Assembly (NCBI GenBank): GCA_964187785.1
Contig: OZ076410.1
Location: forward strand, 3,782,001-3,846,000
DNA: 64,000 nucleotides
Source of the DNA: Amphiscolops sp. MND2022
Lineage: Eukaryota
Direction: 5' to 3'
How positions within the stretch are numbered: the stretch's first letter is position 1; each line of letters begins with the position of its first letter. Shown in pieces: positions 47,528 to 59,701 of this stretch. A program made the position numbers and the translations under genes. A model generated the notes under the pieces. The model saw only the letters and a program-made list of their open reading frames with translations, was not told the DNA's origin and searched no databases.

Positions 47528-50500
47528 ATGGCAGGATCAAGTTACATACAAAGTTTATGGGATGAACACCTGTTGATTGTCGAATGCAATAGGCAGTTTA
47601 TCAACAGCGACATTCTAGAAAAGATATATCTTGCGGAAATAAATTCCAAGAACAGGTATCGTAATATGCTTACAGCCGTCAAACAAATTGTTACTGGTAC
47701 TTCGCTGGATCGAGATCCAGAAGCTTCGGTCAGAAGAGTCAAAACCAAAAAAGGAGGACGTGAAGCAGTCTACGTAGCTGCGAAAATAATGAAACTTATC
47801 ATAGTTTGCGGATTGAGAGATCACACATGGAACCAAGCCAGGAAAGATTTTGTCTCCTTCTTTTTCTCCCGAGAGCTCATTCCTGATGTTGACCCTTACA
47901 ATGTATCTGTCCCAAACAACGTCCCCATCAATGCGTCTATACCAAACAACGTCCCCATCAATGCGTCTGTACCAAACAACGTCCCCATCAATGGTTCTGT
48001 ACCAAACAACGTTCCCATCAATGCGTCTGTACCAAACAAGGTCCCCTTCAAAGCATCTGTCCCAAACGTCGTCCCCTTCAATGCTCCTGCCACTAACAAC
48101 TTGTGTATGCCTGTTTCATCTGGCACATCCATCAAACGGACTAACCTAATTAAGAGCAGGCCGAAACTCTCATTACGTAAAAAGGCCCAGGATGTGTGTA
48201 GAGCCGGGGAAAAATTGAACTTGAAGAGCTTTTGGAGACAAGTGATTTGGTGCATCAGGTACAAAGGGATTAGTATTCGTGGGTTGACTGAAGCAGCTCA
48301 CAGAGAAGCTGAACAAAGGAAGAGGCGTAATGGAGCCTCCAAGAAGCAAATGAACATCATAGGGGGCCTTATTACTGGACTGTTCAAGGACAGGGGTAGC
48401 TGTTCTGACTTTCGCGACGCTTTGGCAATTCATACAAAGACTGGTAACGTAAATGACGTAATCAACCTGATCCGTTCTCGATTGTCAGTTCCTGGCCTGG
48501 GCTTTAACTTGGTACCCTCAATTCGTACGGTTGTCACGTCCAATGCCAAATTCACCCAACATTTCATTAAACTCTGCAATCCGGAAAGAACCTTTAGTGG
48601 ATTCCGAGTGGATGTTGTTCGATGCGTCAAACTTGCTGCATACGTAATCCTTGAAACTACAAACATCTCGGGATTGAAGGTTGATATCTGGGGAGTTGGT
48701 GCCGCAATTGGAGGAACAGAAGTAACAAGACTGGCGTTTAGATTGATCTGTGAGGAAGTAAGTGTGCAATCATCTGACAGTGTCTTCTGTTTTGCCGCGT
48801 ACCGAGGCAAGGACAGCAGGTATGCTTTGGAGCAAAATGTGGGATATGAAAAAGTTGGGGACCAAACATCAGGGTGGCTGTTCAAGCAGACTGTTGCATT
48901 GAGAGAACTCGGCGTCAAATTGACTTATAGCGAAGACAATCCGTTCTTACTTAGGTGCGCAGCATTTATTATTGCTTCAATTTTTTGCTGAACGAAAGAA
49001 AGAAAGTCTTTTAGTCTTCTGCAACCTGATTCATGAATTCTGGATTTAAGATAGTTTTTCGTCATTGTAATGTTTTTGCTGTAATTTGAGGAGAGTTTAA
49101 CTTTTTTCTTACATTTAGGCTAATTCTTGGAATCTCAAACGATCGCAGCTCAGATTTCCCGTCACTCATGCCACTGTTTCTGGGAACGGACGACACGTTT
49201 CTACCTACAACAGTCGATCCAGAATCTGGATACCGAAGCAAAGTTACAGTTCCATTTCGCACTGATCTACCTTCAACGTCTCTCGTAAGCTACGACGACA
49301 TACGATGCGTTTGCCCTGATGTAACGCACATGATAACCAGATGTGTGGAAAATGACTTGAAAAAAATTGCGCAGAAGCTTGTTGATGACAAGCATCCTAA
49401 AGAGAAAGGGTCACTCGCGCAATTGGAAGAAAATCTGACCAAACGAGATGTGAAGAAACCGCACTTCCAGTTCGATACGACTACCAAATCTGGACAGAAA
49501 GTGAAGACTGTCGGAGCGGTATCACTTTCTGGGTCGGCAGCACTTACAGCAATTGCCAACAAAGAAGAGCTTTCTGATATGATTCCAGACATGACAAACT
49601 TATTCGAAGGCGTATGGAAAGACGAAGAAGTATTAATGGGAAGCAACGACAATGAAAACTCCGTCAAGGTGTTGAAAGAGATGTACCCGTCACTGTTTTC
49701 GAAACCAAATCCCACGAAGAAGAATGAAAACCATGGGTACATTTCTATTTCAGATGCAGCTGAGCTCTTGAGGGAAAGCCTTAACATGTGCACTATTCTT
49801 TTGCGCAGTTCACGGACCGTTCTCGACATTGCAAGTTTCGGCAAGTGGGCAGAGACGTATTACCAAGTCTCCATGTTACTTTTTGGCAAAGATAAAGGAC
49901 TTACGCCTTACAAGCTGAAGATGCTACTTTATCCACAACTAATTGAGAGCGGACATATTATAACTCCTTGGAATCATATGTGCGAGGGTTTGGAGAAGTC
50001 TAACCATAATGCAAACAAAGCATTCCAGAGCAAGACGATGAGAGGCGGAGGAAAGCAGTCAACCCAGGACCCCCTTTTTTTCGAGCTTCAATTTTCCTTG
50101 CTGAAGCTGTTCAGGAAACAATCTATTAAAGCAAAACAAGTTTCAATTAACGATTTGTTATCAAAAGCCCTAGGAGTTGTCGGCATAGCCAATCAAGCTG
50201 ACGAAGAATCGAAGACTTACAATGATATTTGCCTGCAGCCTGTTTCCTGTGCTTCGATTGCTGTCGGTGAGACACGGGACAGGAAATACCGCTTTTTGGG
50301 ATTATACTTTTTTGTAGTGGGTCACTTTGGTTCTATGAAAAATGAAGATATCCAAAATGCGATAACCGATATGAGTGGAACAGTTTGCACCAAGGCAAGT
50401 GCTGAAACATTGTTACTTTCGCACTCGACTTGTCCAAACTGCTTTGTCGTTATGATAGACGAGAAAGAGTTTGAGGAAGTCGACGGGTGTTCTCAAAGAT

Positions 50501-50880
50501 CCATCGAACGATAAAGAGTTGACGGACGTGCCGAAGAAGTCTGTATCAGAAAATACGGCAACTGCGACTGGACTTCTATGTCGCAAATTTGCTGGCGGAG
50601 ATTGGAAATTCCTTCAGTTTTCGTTTGTACTGGATTCATTAAAATCAGATCGCATCCTGGATCCGAAAAAAGTACGAAATGTTACCAGGACCAAACGTCA
50701 AGAAGTTGCAAGTTAAAGATGTGCGCCCTTTGTTAGCAAGACAGTGCAGTGAACAAGGTCAGAAAGTTTCCGCTATCTCAGCCCTGAAGAGCCACAGAAA
50801 AAAAAGAAAGATCAAAGAGGAAAAAGCAGCGGATAATGAGGAAACTATCATTTTGAACCTAATTTCGTTTGTTTCTTTCT
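47528..50880 (+). CDS. Transposon gene 2: DDE transposase, RAG1/Transib/Chapaev-like, with C-terminal BRCT-like domain; disrupted
   Basis: Exon 47528-48954, intron, exon from 49119 (in-frame join ...DNPFLLR/LILGIS...). Motifs: KVDIWG[V]GA (first Asp position is GTT at 48695-48697), TYSEDNPFL, CPDVTH, LTPYKLKML..MCEGLEKSNH (cf. RAG1 TNYFHK..SEGNESGN). BRCT-like FLGLYFFVVGHF..ITDMSGTV and WKFLQFSFVLDSLKSDRILDPKK. Frameshifts near 50490 and 50670. Confidence 0.8.
47913..48080 (+). repeat. 30-bp coding tandem repeat (VPNNVPINAS x ~5.5) in the transposase N-terminal region
   Basis: GTACCAAACAACGTCCCCATCAATGCGTCT repeated in frame. Confidence 0.9.
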
Positions 50881-50984
50881 GATAGTTGTTCTTTGTATTT
50901 TGTTCTGTTTAATTGAGTTGTTTACGTACAAACTATTGTAGTACAAAAATTAAAAATTATTGAAGGTAAAATCATGGTTTTCAT

Positions 50985-51560
50985 TTATTGTCTCCCAAAA
51001 ACGCAGTGCGGAATTTAGGGTCAAACGGTAAAACATGTACAGCGGAATCAGCAGACAAATGGTAATACATTGCGAGTTTATTTTCCTGTACCATACCTCA
51101 AGAAAATGTCCAAATCTGCTTAGTAGCATAAAACAGTGGATTCGGCGTTTATCGCGAGTGTTGCGCCCATAACAGCGGAACCCGCTGTTTTGTATTCCAG
51201 ATTGATGCCTTCCAAAATCGCAGTGCGGAATTTAGGGGCCAATGTTAATACATGTACAGCGGAATCCACAGGCAAATGTTAATACATTGCAATTTCGGTT
51301 TCCTGTACCATACCTCAAGAAAATGTCCAAATCTGCTTAGTAGCATAAAACAGTGGATTCCGCGTTTACCGCGAGTGTTGCGTCTCATAACAGCGGAATC
51401 CCCTTTTTTATGTCCCAAAATAATGTCTTCCAAAACGCAGTGCGGAATTTAGGGACGAATGTTAATACATGTACAGCGGAACCCGCAGACAAATGCTAAT
51501 ACATTGCGACTTCAGTTTCCTGTACCATACCTCAAGAAAATATCCATATCTGCTCAGCAG
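50985..51560 (+). repeat. 217-bp tandem array (~2.6 units), left arm of an inverted pair
   Basis: CATGTACAGCGGAA at 51034, 51251 and 51468 (217-bp spacing). Confidence 0.9.
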
Positions 51561-52201
51561 TTTGAAATTCATAAATTCATAACAAAATCATCAATTCTCA
51601 ATCTAATTCCCAATCTAATCTATTTTCTCAAAATAACAAAAATAAAAGAAGTTTTGCTTGTATTTGCAGTTGATCTTTAATCCCATTTCTGGTTGGGAAA
51701 AGCTGTTGGTTAATTTCTTGGATGGGAAGTACCGGGGGACCCTGAAGGCACTGGGATCTCACAGCTTGAAGAAAGCCAGCTGGACATCTCTTCGAATGTA
51801 ACTCCATACTAAAAACAATATCCCTCCGTAAGAAAAATAAATACATTCCGTTTCACCAAAAACCAAAAGGCAATATACAAAAACAAAAAGCAAAAAACGG
51901 TTTTCGTCTAGTCGAACAAAGTCACAAAGTACTATGAAAATTTGCATGAAAATTACATACTTTCTGACAAACGGTGTCAATGGAACATTGAACAGTAGGG
52001 CAACTCGTCTTCTGTACAATCATGGCAGCGTTCAACAGCTGTGCCCTCTCAAGTTTGTCCACGCATGCAGAAGAACTAAAACATACCAACCTCTGTAATT
52101 AGGAATATGATCATTTGATCGTTAATACCAACAGACTATATACAAGAATTCATGCATCATGCAAAAGTAATAATAGTAATATAATAATGTGAAATAATGA
52201 T

Positions 52202-54657
52202 CTACCTCATCAAATTCGCGATGTGTGTAAACAACAGTCGGGGGCAATGGGGGTAACACTCGTTGTAGGGGTCACACCGGTCCCTCTCATTGGAGAACTC
52301 TTCTGCTGCTTTCTTCACATGCAGGCGGTGGATAAAGTTGACTCCCAGCGCGACGGACAAGCCGAAAGTCTCCACCGCGTGGATCATCTTTGCTGAAAGA
52401 ATCAGGGCCTGTCCCTCGAAGAGAGTGACTTTTGTGCACCCGCCCATGTCAAGCTCTTCATGGGAGCCAAAAAAGAGGTCCTTTCTGAACAATCATAAAA
52501 CAGTAATAATTTTTTCCCGGTTCTTAGTTATACATGCAAAACACAGAAAAAAGTATTGTGTAGTGTAAGTATAAACAATATTACTTGCCTGGGGAGATGT
52601 TTGAATGCCTTGAACAAGTCCACGTTTCTGGCAGTGGGCCTCACAACATGGAAAACTTTAACTCCTGTAACAATAGTTGGTCAGTCACCAAACACGACTA
52701 TTTTATAACACTATTTTTATATATTGTACTAAAAACTGGTACAAACCTTTGGCAAGATAATAGAAGACGCTGGTTGATGAAAAGTCCTGATGGAACCGCG
52801 TGATCGCGCCATATTGTGAAATGAGCAAATAGTTGGATTCACGCTCTGGACGCATTTCTGCAGGGGTCTCGTCCCAGCTCATGTGCCCAACGGAAACATG
52901 GTCTAGGAAGCTGGGCTTCTTGAATGAGGCTCCTGGGCTTTTGTTTGCCTCGGCGTCGATCACGTTGTAGAACTTGGGGGGGTCACTCTCCATCATCTCG
53001 GTAACTCTGTTACCTGGCACAACTTTTTTCCCTTCCTAAATGATAAACCAGGTCAGGTTAAGGTATCCTTAAAATCAATAAAGAAAACAAAACTGATGAT
53101 TGTATCTCCACCAGCAGTTATAATCACTGTGCTCACCTCGAACTTTGTCGTTAAATAACGAAGTGTCACGGGGTTGGCACTATATTCTTGCATCATCTGT
53201 TGGACAGACGACATTCGGCTCATCTTCTCCCTTGTTAGCTTCGTCTTGAAACCGGGGATGGCCGAACCGTCATGGATGACGAAGACATATTCCCCGTCCA
53301 AAAAAGCCGGGTCTGAGAGCAGTTCCTGCGTGATTTCGTCCGCTGCAATGTCACGCCGCATCGAGGTAGCATTTGGAATCTAAATTCAACACAAATCACT
53401 TTACTCAGAAGACAAAATCTCATTCTTCAATCCAGAGACTTCAGTCTAGAGAAGAGATCTTATTCTTGAATCCAGAGATTTAGATATAGAGATATCTTAT
53501 TCTTGAATCCAGAGACTCAAATCTATTTAGATCTAGAGTCTGAAGAAGAGATCCCGTTCTTAAATCCTGAGAAGAGATCCCATTCTTAAATCCAGAGAAG
53601 TTCTTACTTGACTCATAAGGTCACGTAGCTCCCAGATGCTACCGAACGATTTCATGTGGTGCGTATCCGTGATGTTCAACCTTCGCAAGGTTAGCGTGCA
53701 TCTGCTCAGCTTTGGCATCTGCAATGGCCTTCGCGATACACATTCGCCGTCGTTTCTGTTCCCACATTTCCTTAAGCAATATCACTATTAGGTGTTTTAA
53801 TCCCACCAAATCATTATGATTTTAAAACTAGAAATCCATAGAAATTACACATGCTGAAAAATAATACTTGAAACATGAAACAAACATTAATAAAAATACA
53901 TACACTTTTGGGCTCTTCCACTTGAATGTGATTGACTTTTGCAACGTTGAAGGCTTCCAAAACTACAATGGAAGCGATTGCCTGTTCTTCTTTCGTCTCC
54001 TCAAGAAAGACAGGTGACTCTTCCGCAGTAGCTTCTTCCGCCTCTGTTGCAAAGTGAAGGGTGGAAGAGGAGGAAACAACACCAGCATGCTCAGGCTCCA
54101 CAGGACTGCTGCTTTCCGGAACCTGTTCAAGGATAAATCATTTTAACTCAAAAATGTAAATCAAAAACTAGGACTTGATTCTTATTCATGCACAAAAACA
54201 ACGTTTATAATGGATGATTTTAATATGTTTGGATGAATTACCTCCCACCACGGTGTTGATGTCGATGTCGCACTGGCTTCTCGTTTAATCGCCTTGGATG
54301 GTGGCGGTTGCTCGAAGAACTTCCTCGTCCTCCCTTCTGCCGAGAAGGCCTTCTTGCACCCCGGGTATGTGTCTCTTACGAGAACAAAGTTTTCTCGTGT
54401 GGGCTCGAGTAATTTTGCTCGATCTTCCGCTGTCAGGGCATTTCGAGCATTCCAGCATCGGAGTGTCAGCACATGATCAGCAGTCTGCTGCACGTCCTTG
54501 AAAAAGGAGCCATCTGTAGGCGAGCCACAAAACATGCACTTCATTCTTGTGCCGCGCGTCTGCTCTCTCTTACCGCAACTCTGATTGATGTGCCGGGTCA
54601 GATTACCCTTATTTGAGAGGGTCAGTTGGCACGTGGGGCATTGAAATTGGGGCATAT
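52202..54657 (-). CDS. Transposon gene 3: C2H2 zinc finger + JmjC histone demethylase (KDM2/KDM7-like); one probable frameshift
   Basis: Exons approx. 54657-54241, 54122-~53910, ~53785-53609, then 53379-53137, 53035-52747, 52664-52589 (GC donor), 52484-52202. FQCPTCQLTLSNKGNLTRHINQSC; JmjC YLLISQYGAITRFHQDFSSTSVFYYLAKGVKVFHVVRPT..CTKVTLFEGQALILSAKMIHAVETFGLSVALGVNFIH retains the T, H-x-D, K and H ligands. Confidence 0.87.
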
Positions 54658-55329
54658 TTTCAGAGAGAACCTTCAAACATAAAAATTTTTAGGCCTAATA
54701 CGATTTCCTACATTCATGGTCATAATTGCAGAGGTTGGAAAATAGCATTTGATCTTAGGTTTCAAGAGATTACAGATACTTTTCCTAATTCCAGAGGTAA
54801 GCATCAGTCTTACGTGTTGCGCGTACTGATACTTTTCCTACTTCCCGAGATATGCATCAGTCGTACATGCAATCGTGACAATGCACAAGTTAGTACGGCA
54901 TATGTTGCAATCGCAAAAGTGTAACGGAAACTGTTACTGAAGCAGCGTTACGTGATTTTTACTTTAATCGATTTGATCTCACTGCACCAACTGCGCCCCG
55001 CCTTAGCATACTGTTATCTCGTTAGATGAAAATTTTAAACTCTAAATGACATTTCTCTGGGTTTCGGAATGAGCGACTGCTCCCAAGTACCCTGTGACGA
55101 CTCCCAAGCCACCTTGGAGGAACCGATCACAAAAGCTTCAGTAGACGATTCTAGGCACTTTTATATGCGCTTATAAGACAATTACAGACATATAGACACT
55201 GATAGACTCTTATAGATTCTACTTGACTTCTAGTTAATTAGGATTTCAACCTGGGAAATTTGAGATTACTGGTCCCAAAATGCATTTTCAAGAGAGGGTT
55301 TGAAAAAACTAAAATTCTTGAACACAGTT

Positions 55330-56126
55330 TCATGATCCTGAGCAGATTTGAATATTTTCTTGAGGTATGGTACAGGAAATTGAAATCGCAATGTATTAAC
55401 AATTGCCTGTGGATTCCGCTGTACATGTATTACCATTGGCCCCTAAATTCCGCACTGCTATTTTGGAAGGCATCAATCTGGAATACAAAACAGCGGGTTC
55501 CGCTGTTATGAGGCGCAACACTCTCGCTAACCACGGAATCCACTGTTTTATGCTACTAAGCATATTGAATATTTTCTTGAGGTATGGTACAGGAAACCGA
55601 AATTGCAATGTATTAACATTTGCCTGTGGATTCCGCTGTACATGTATTACCATTAGCCCCTAAATTCCGCACTGCTATTTTGGAAGGCATCAATCTGGAA
55701 TACAAAACAGCGGGTTCCGCTGTTATGAGGCGCAACACTCTCGCTAACCACGGAATCCACTGTTTTATGCTACTAAGCATATTCAATAATTTCTTGAGGT
55801 ATGGTACAGGAAATTGAAATCGCAATGTATTAACATTTGCCTGTGGATTCCGCTGTACATGTATTACCATTGGCCCCTAAATTCCGCACTGCTATTTTGG
55901 AAGGCATCAATCTGGAATACAAAACAGCGGGTTCCGCTGTTATGAGGCGCAACACTCTCGCTAACCACGGAATCCACTGTTTTATGCTACTAAGAATATT
56001 GAATATTTTCTTGAGGTATGGTACAGGAAACCGAAATTGCAATGTATTAACATTTGCCTGTGGATTCCGCTGTACATGTATTAACATTTGTCCTTAATTT
56101 CCGCACTGGTTCTTTGGGAGGCAATA
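55330..56126 (-). repeat. 217-bp tandem array (~3.6 units), inverted relative to 50985-51560
   Basis: Repeated ORF starts at 55396/55613/55830 show the 217-bp period; the sequence is the reverse complement of the 51-kb units. Confidence 0.9.
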
Positions 56127-56693
56127 ATATGGAGTATGAAACAGTTTGTTGTTATAAGGAAAAAATCGTTTGGTGCTTCATGTTGTTCTAGATTGTGTAA
56201 CATAGATTGTATATTATTATTATAGATAGGGTTTTATCATGCCGTAAGTGTCAGCCGGCCAATCCGAGATACATGTGTTTTACACACTCATCTTTCAAGT
56301 TCTGATGAAAACTTGGGCATTCTTTCGGGCCAATGAACGAACAATGAGAACGAGTGCTGATGATTCAAGTCAAATGGTAGATGAGGTGTGGTTTTAACAC
56401 TTCCACATGATTAAGAACCGCATCAGGCGCTGCCAAAAATTATAATATAAATAATTATAAAATTATACTCATTATAATTATATAACTACAATTATTTCCA
56501 TTGGCAGCGTCTGATGAGGCTTTTATTAATTTGTCAAAGTGGAAGTGTTAAATTACTATGATGGCAATCATCAGTTAAGTAATTAGCAGTTTCAGTAGAG
56601 TAATATCACAATACTATTCATTATATAATTTTGATCTACTAGGAATCAGTCAATTTGAATTGTACATCGTTCTATTTGTCGAAGGAACCTACA

Positions 56694-59600
56694 ATGTCTC
56701 TGCAAACGCATCAAATTCAATCACAACCATTAGAAGATCTTGGAAATTTGACAGAACTTCAATCGCCTCAACTAGTTACCTCAACGCCAGTGCAACCCGA
56801 GACGTTTACACTTACACTGCCTCATCCTCCAGTTCCAACATTAACCCCTCTCTCACGATCGCATGAATATTTGACAACCCCCACCGGAAAGAGCCCGGCT
56901 GCAGTTCGCCAATACTCACACCCGTCATATTTTGAATGGAATCAATCGCAATGGCTCAACATGGATGGAATATCGCACGAAATTCCCCCGACCATGTTTG
57001 GTGAAATGCTTCCACCACCTGAACATTCGCCGGACCTTTTTCTTCCTCCGCTTGAAGCTTCGTCGACTGAGCAACTTGAAGAAAGTCGTAAAAGAGCAGC
57101 TAGCTCTGCAACAAATGATATTCCGGAGGTCAGTTTTTGACTTTCAATTGAAAATTTCAAACTGAAGCGGGAGATTTTAACCTTTTAGAACCACATAGAG
57201 CACGAAAAGAGTTTCATTCATCATAGCAGCGGAATCCGCTGTCTCATGTTTCATATCATTGACTTACAAAAGAGCATTGCGGAATTTAGGGGCTAAGGTT
57301 AACACATGTACAGCGGGATCGGCAGACAAATCCTAATACATTATGATTTTAATTTCCTGCACCATACTCCAGGAAAATTTCCAGCTACCGCCTTGGCTGA
57401 GCCGTGACGGATTTTTTTCAGCTTTCACTTTCAAGAAAAGACGGAACGTGTCACACACCTCGCAGTGTTTGCACGATGGTATAAAATAAGCGAAAATTTC
57501 GAGGAGAAACTTCATATTTCCTAGATTTTAAAATTCATTTTGCGTTTGAATTTGAAAACCAATTTGCATTTGAACTTAATGAGTTTTATTTGACTTTCAT
57601 TATAATATTTGAAGTTGTTTTTGAAATTTGTACTCAAATTATTTAGAAAATATCGAAGACTTCTATCAGGGCTACTTGTGGCGAGACGACTGAAGAAGAA
57701 CTTGAGATAGCCATCAGGGACATTGTAGAGCAGTACAAGAAAACGGAAGCGCTGACACAAAAGCAAAGAACAATGCTCTTTCGTGCTTTGGCGTGTTTCC
57801 TGTCAAAGCATGCAGCACCACCAATGATGGACAAATGTATCACAGAGCTGACAGTGCATGCTGTTACACAGGCCATCGTTTCCTTGCAAGAGGACACAGA
57901 CGATGAAACAGCAGTTGATGCAGGAATCACAATCTATGTTGAGCCTGCTGAATTTTCTCCGATAAGATCGTCGCACACTGTTCCCCGATGGCTAGTGGAC
58001 GGTTTGAAAACATACTACCTGGAGGCAAGACCGCACTTCCTGCCAAAAGAAGGTCTTGATGTTTTCACCAGGGTTTTCGTAGATGACACAAGAACAGTGA
58101 GAACTCACCGCTTTTTCGTCAATTCCAATGGCTCAACCCATTTCAAAGTGCGCCAACTATGCGACCAATTCAAAGACACGGTAAAAACTTAAATTTCAAC
58201 CCAGAAACACCTAAATTGCTTCAAATGTTTCCAGGGCCACCACGCGTTTTACATTTATTTCAAATTCATGGAAAATTTAATTGCGAGACCGATTTGATTT
58301 ATTGAATCTACGCCACGAATTTTTTCGCAGTTAATCATGCATGTTTTCAATGTTTTTACCGAAGTTTGCGTCTTTTAGCTTCAGCAGCACATCGATAACC
58401 CTCAAGAGACCACCCTAGAGAGACATGTTGCGAGTTTTCTTCCGTTTCGAAGCGATCCAGGTTTCACCATTGGCAAACAGAAGCAAGTAATCAATCAGGT
58501 TTTGTTCTTTTTCGTTTGATAATAAAATATTGATTTTCCTTTCTAAACCTTTGTTTTCAACAAAGGAATGGAAATTCTTTTTTAGGTAAAAAGTCAGACA
58601 GAAAATTATACCCACAAAGAAGTTTCCAAGGCGGTGAAGCACAGACTTGACCAATTACGGTACCATCGGCAAACAATTAGAGCGCAACATTGGATCAAGA
58701 ACAATGGATGGTTACTGTCAAACTGCAGTGATTTGGAGCAGCGCCTGAACACCTTTTATGCGAGGATGGGCTGGGACAAATGCGACATCAAGAAAACGAT
58801 GACTATAGCTATAAAACAGGTTAGGTTGGGTTACGTCACGTTCGAGTACTTTAGATTGCAGTGCATTAGATTACGATAAAATTTCCCAATGGCACAAATC
58901 GAAAATCAAATGGGGCAAAAAAATCATTTGTTTTGGTACCATAGGGTAAGCAGCTAAAGGAGTGTTTGGCCTGTCTAGAGCTGCCCCATGCTAAGTGATC
59001 CATAGTTATTAGAAAAAATCATTGAGTTTGGATGCTTTGTGTTTTGAATAGATGAAGAGCACATCATCACGGACCAGTATATGCAGGCCGCAGTTCAATT
59101 CCATTATCTGCAAAGGAGACAGGTTGTCATACGAAAACCAGATAAGTTTGAAAGACCGAATTGACAACCAAAAGTGGGAGTGGATTTGCGATGCCCATTT
59201 CACCAAATTTGGTCGAGGCATTGTCAGTCTAGGAAAACTGGAGAAAGACACAATAATTGTAGACTACCACGGGAAAGTCATTACCGGCCAGAAGTTCGAG
59301 GAGTACGTGCAGCAACCCGACGTTACGAGCGAATTTGTAATGGAAGTAGCAGGTCCACCAAAGCGACTTATAGATGCCAGTTCCGAGATTTGTGTGCATC
59401 ATCCAACGAATTTATGTAATAATAATATTAATGATGTTTAATCTTTAGAGTTGTAAGAATAACAATCTCTACAATTTCTTTATGTTGTTTAGGTATGGGT
59501 CGTTTAGCCAACCACGCGACCCAGAGAAGAAACAACGCTGATAACAGAGAAGCCAACATGAAGTCTGCTAGCATCCTCTTGGACCATACAGATCCCCCTC

Positions 59601-59701
59601 TGAGAGTCGCAGTAATGAAGGCTAGACGACAGATAGAACCCTTCGAGCAACTACGTTTCGATTACGGCGATAAGACAGCCCAAGAACTTTTTACCGAATA
59701 A
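56694..59701 (+). CDS. Transposon gene 4: 631-aa protein with a C-terminal PR-Set7/KMT5A-like SET domain; apparently intact
   Basis: Exons 56694-57128, 57647-58180, 58379-58498, 58586-58819, 59052-59415, 59493-59701 give 1896 nt in frame with GT-AG boundaries; SET motifs KFGRGIVS..IIVDYHG..IDAS..MGRLANH..ARRQIEPFEQLRFDYGD. Confidence 0.9.

Noticed and set aside
53405-53605. AGAAGAGATC..TTCTTGAATCCAGAG repeats as a separate element
   Set aside because: They lie inside an intron of the ZnF-JmjC gene and look like an ordinary intronic minisatellite.
55238-56097. ORFs such as MVIHVQRNPQ.. and MPVDSAVHVL.. as proteins
   Set aside because: They recur with the 217-bp period on both strands and are by-products of the tandem repeat.
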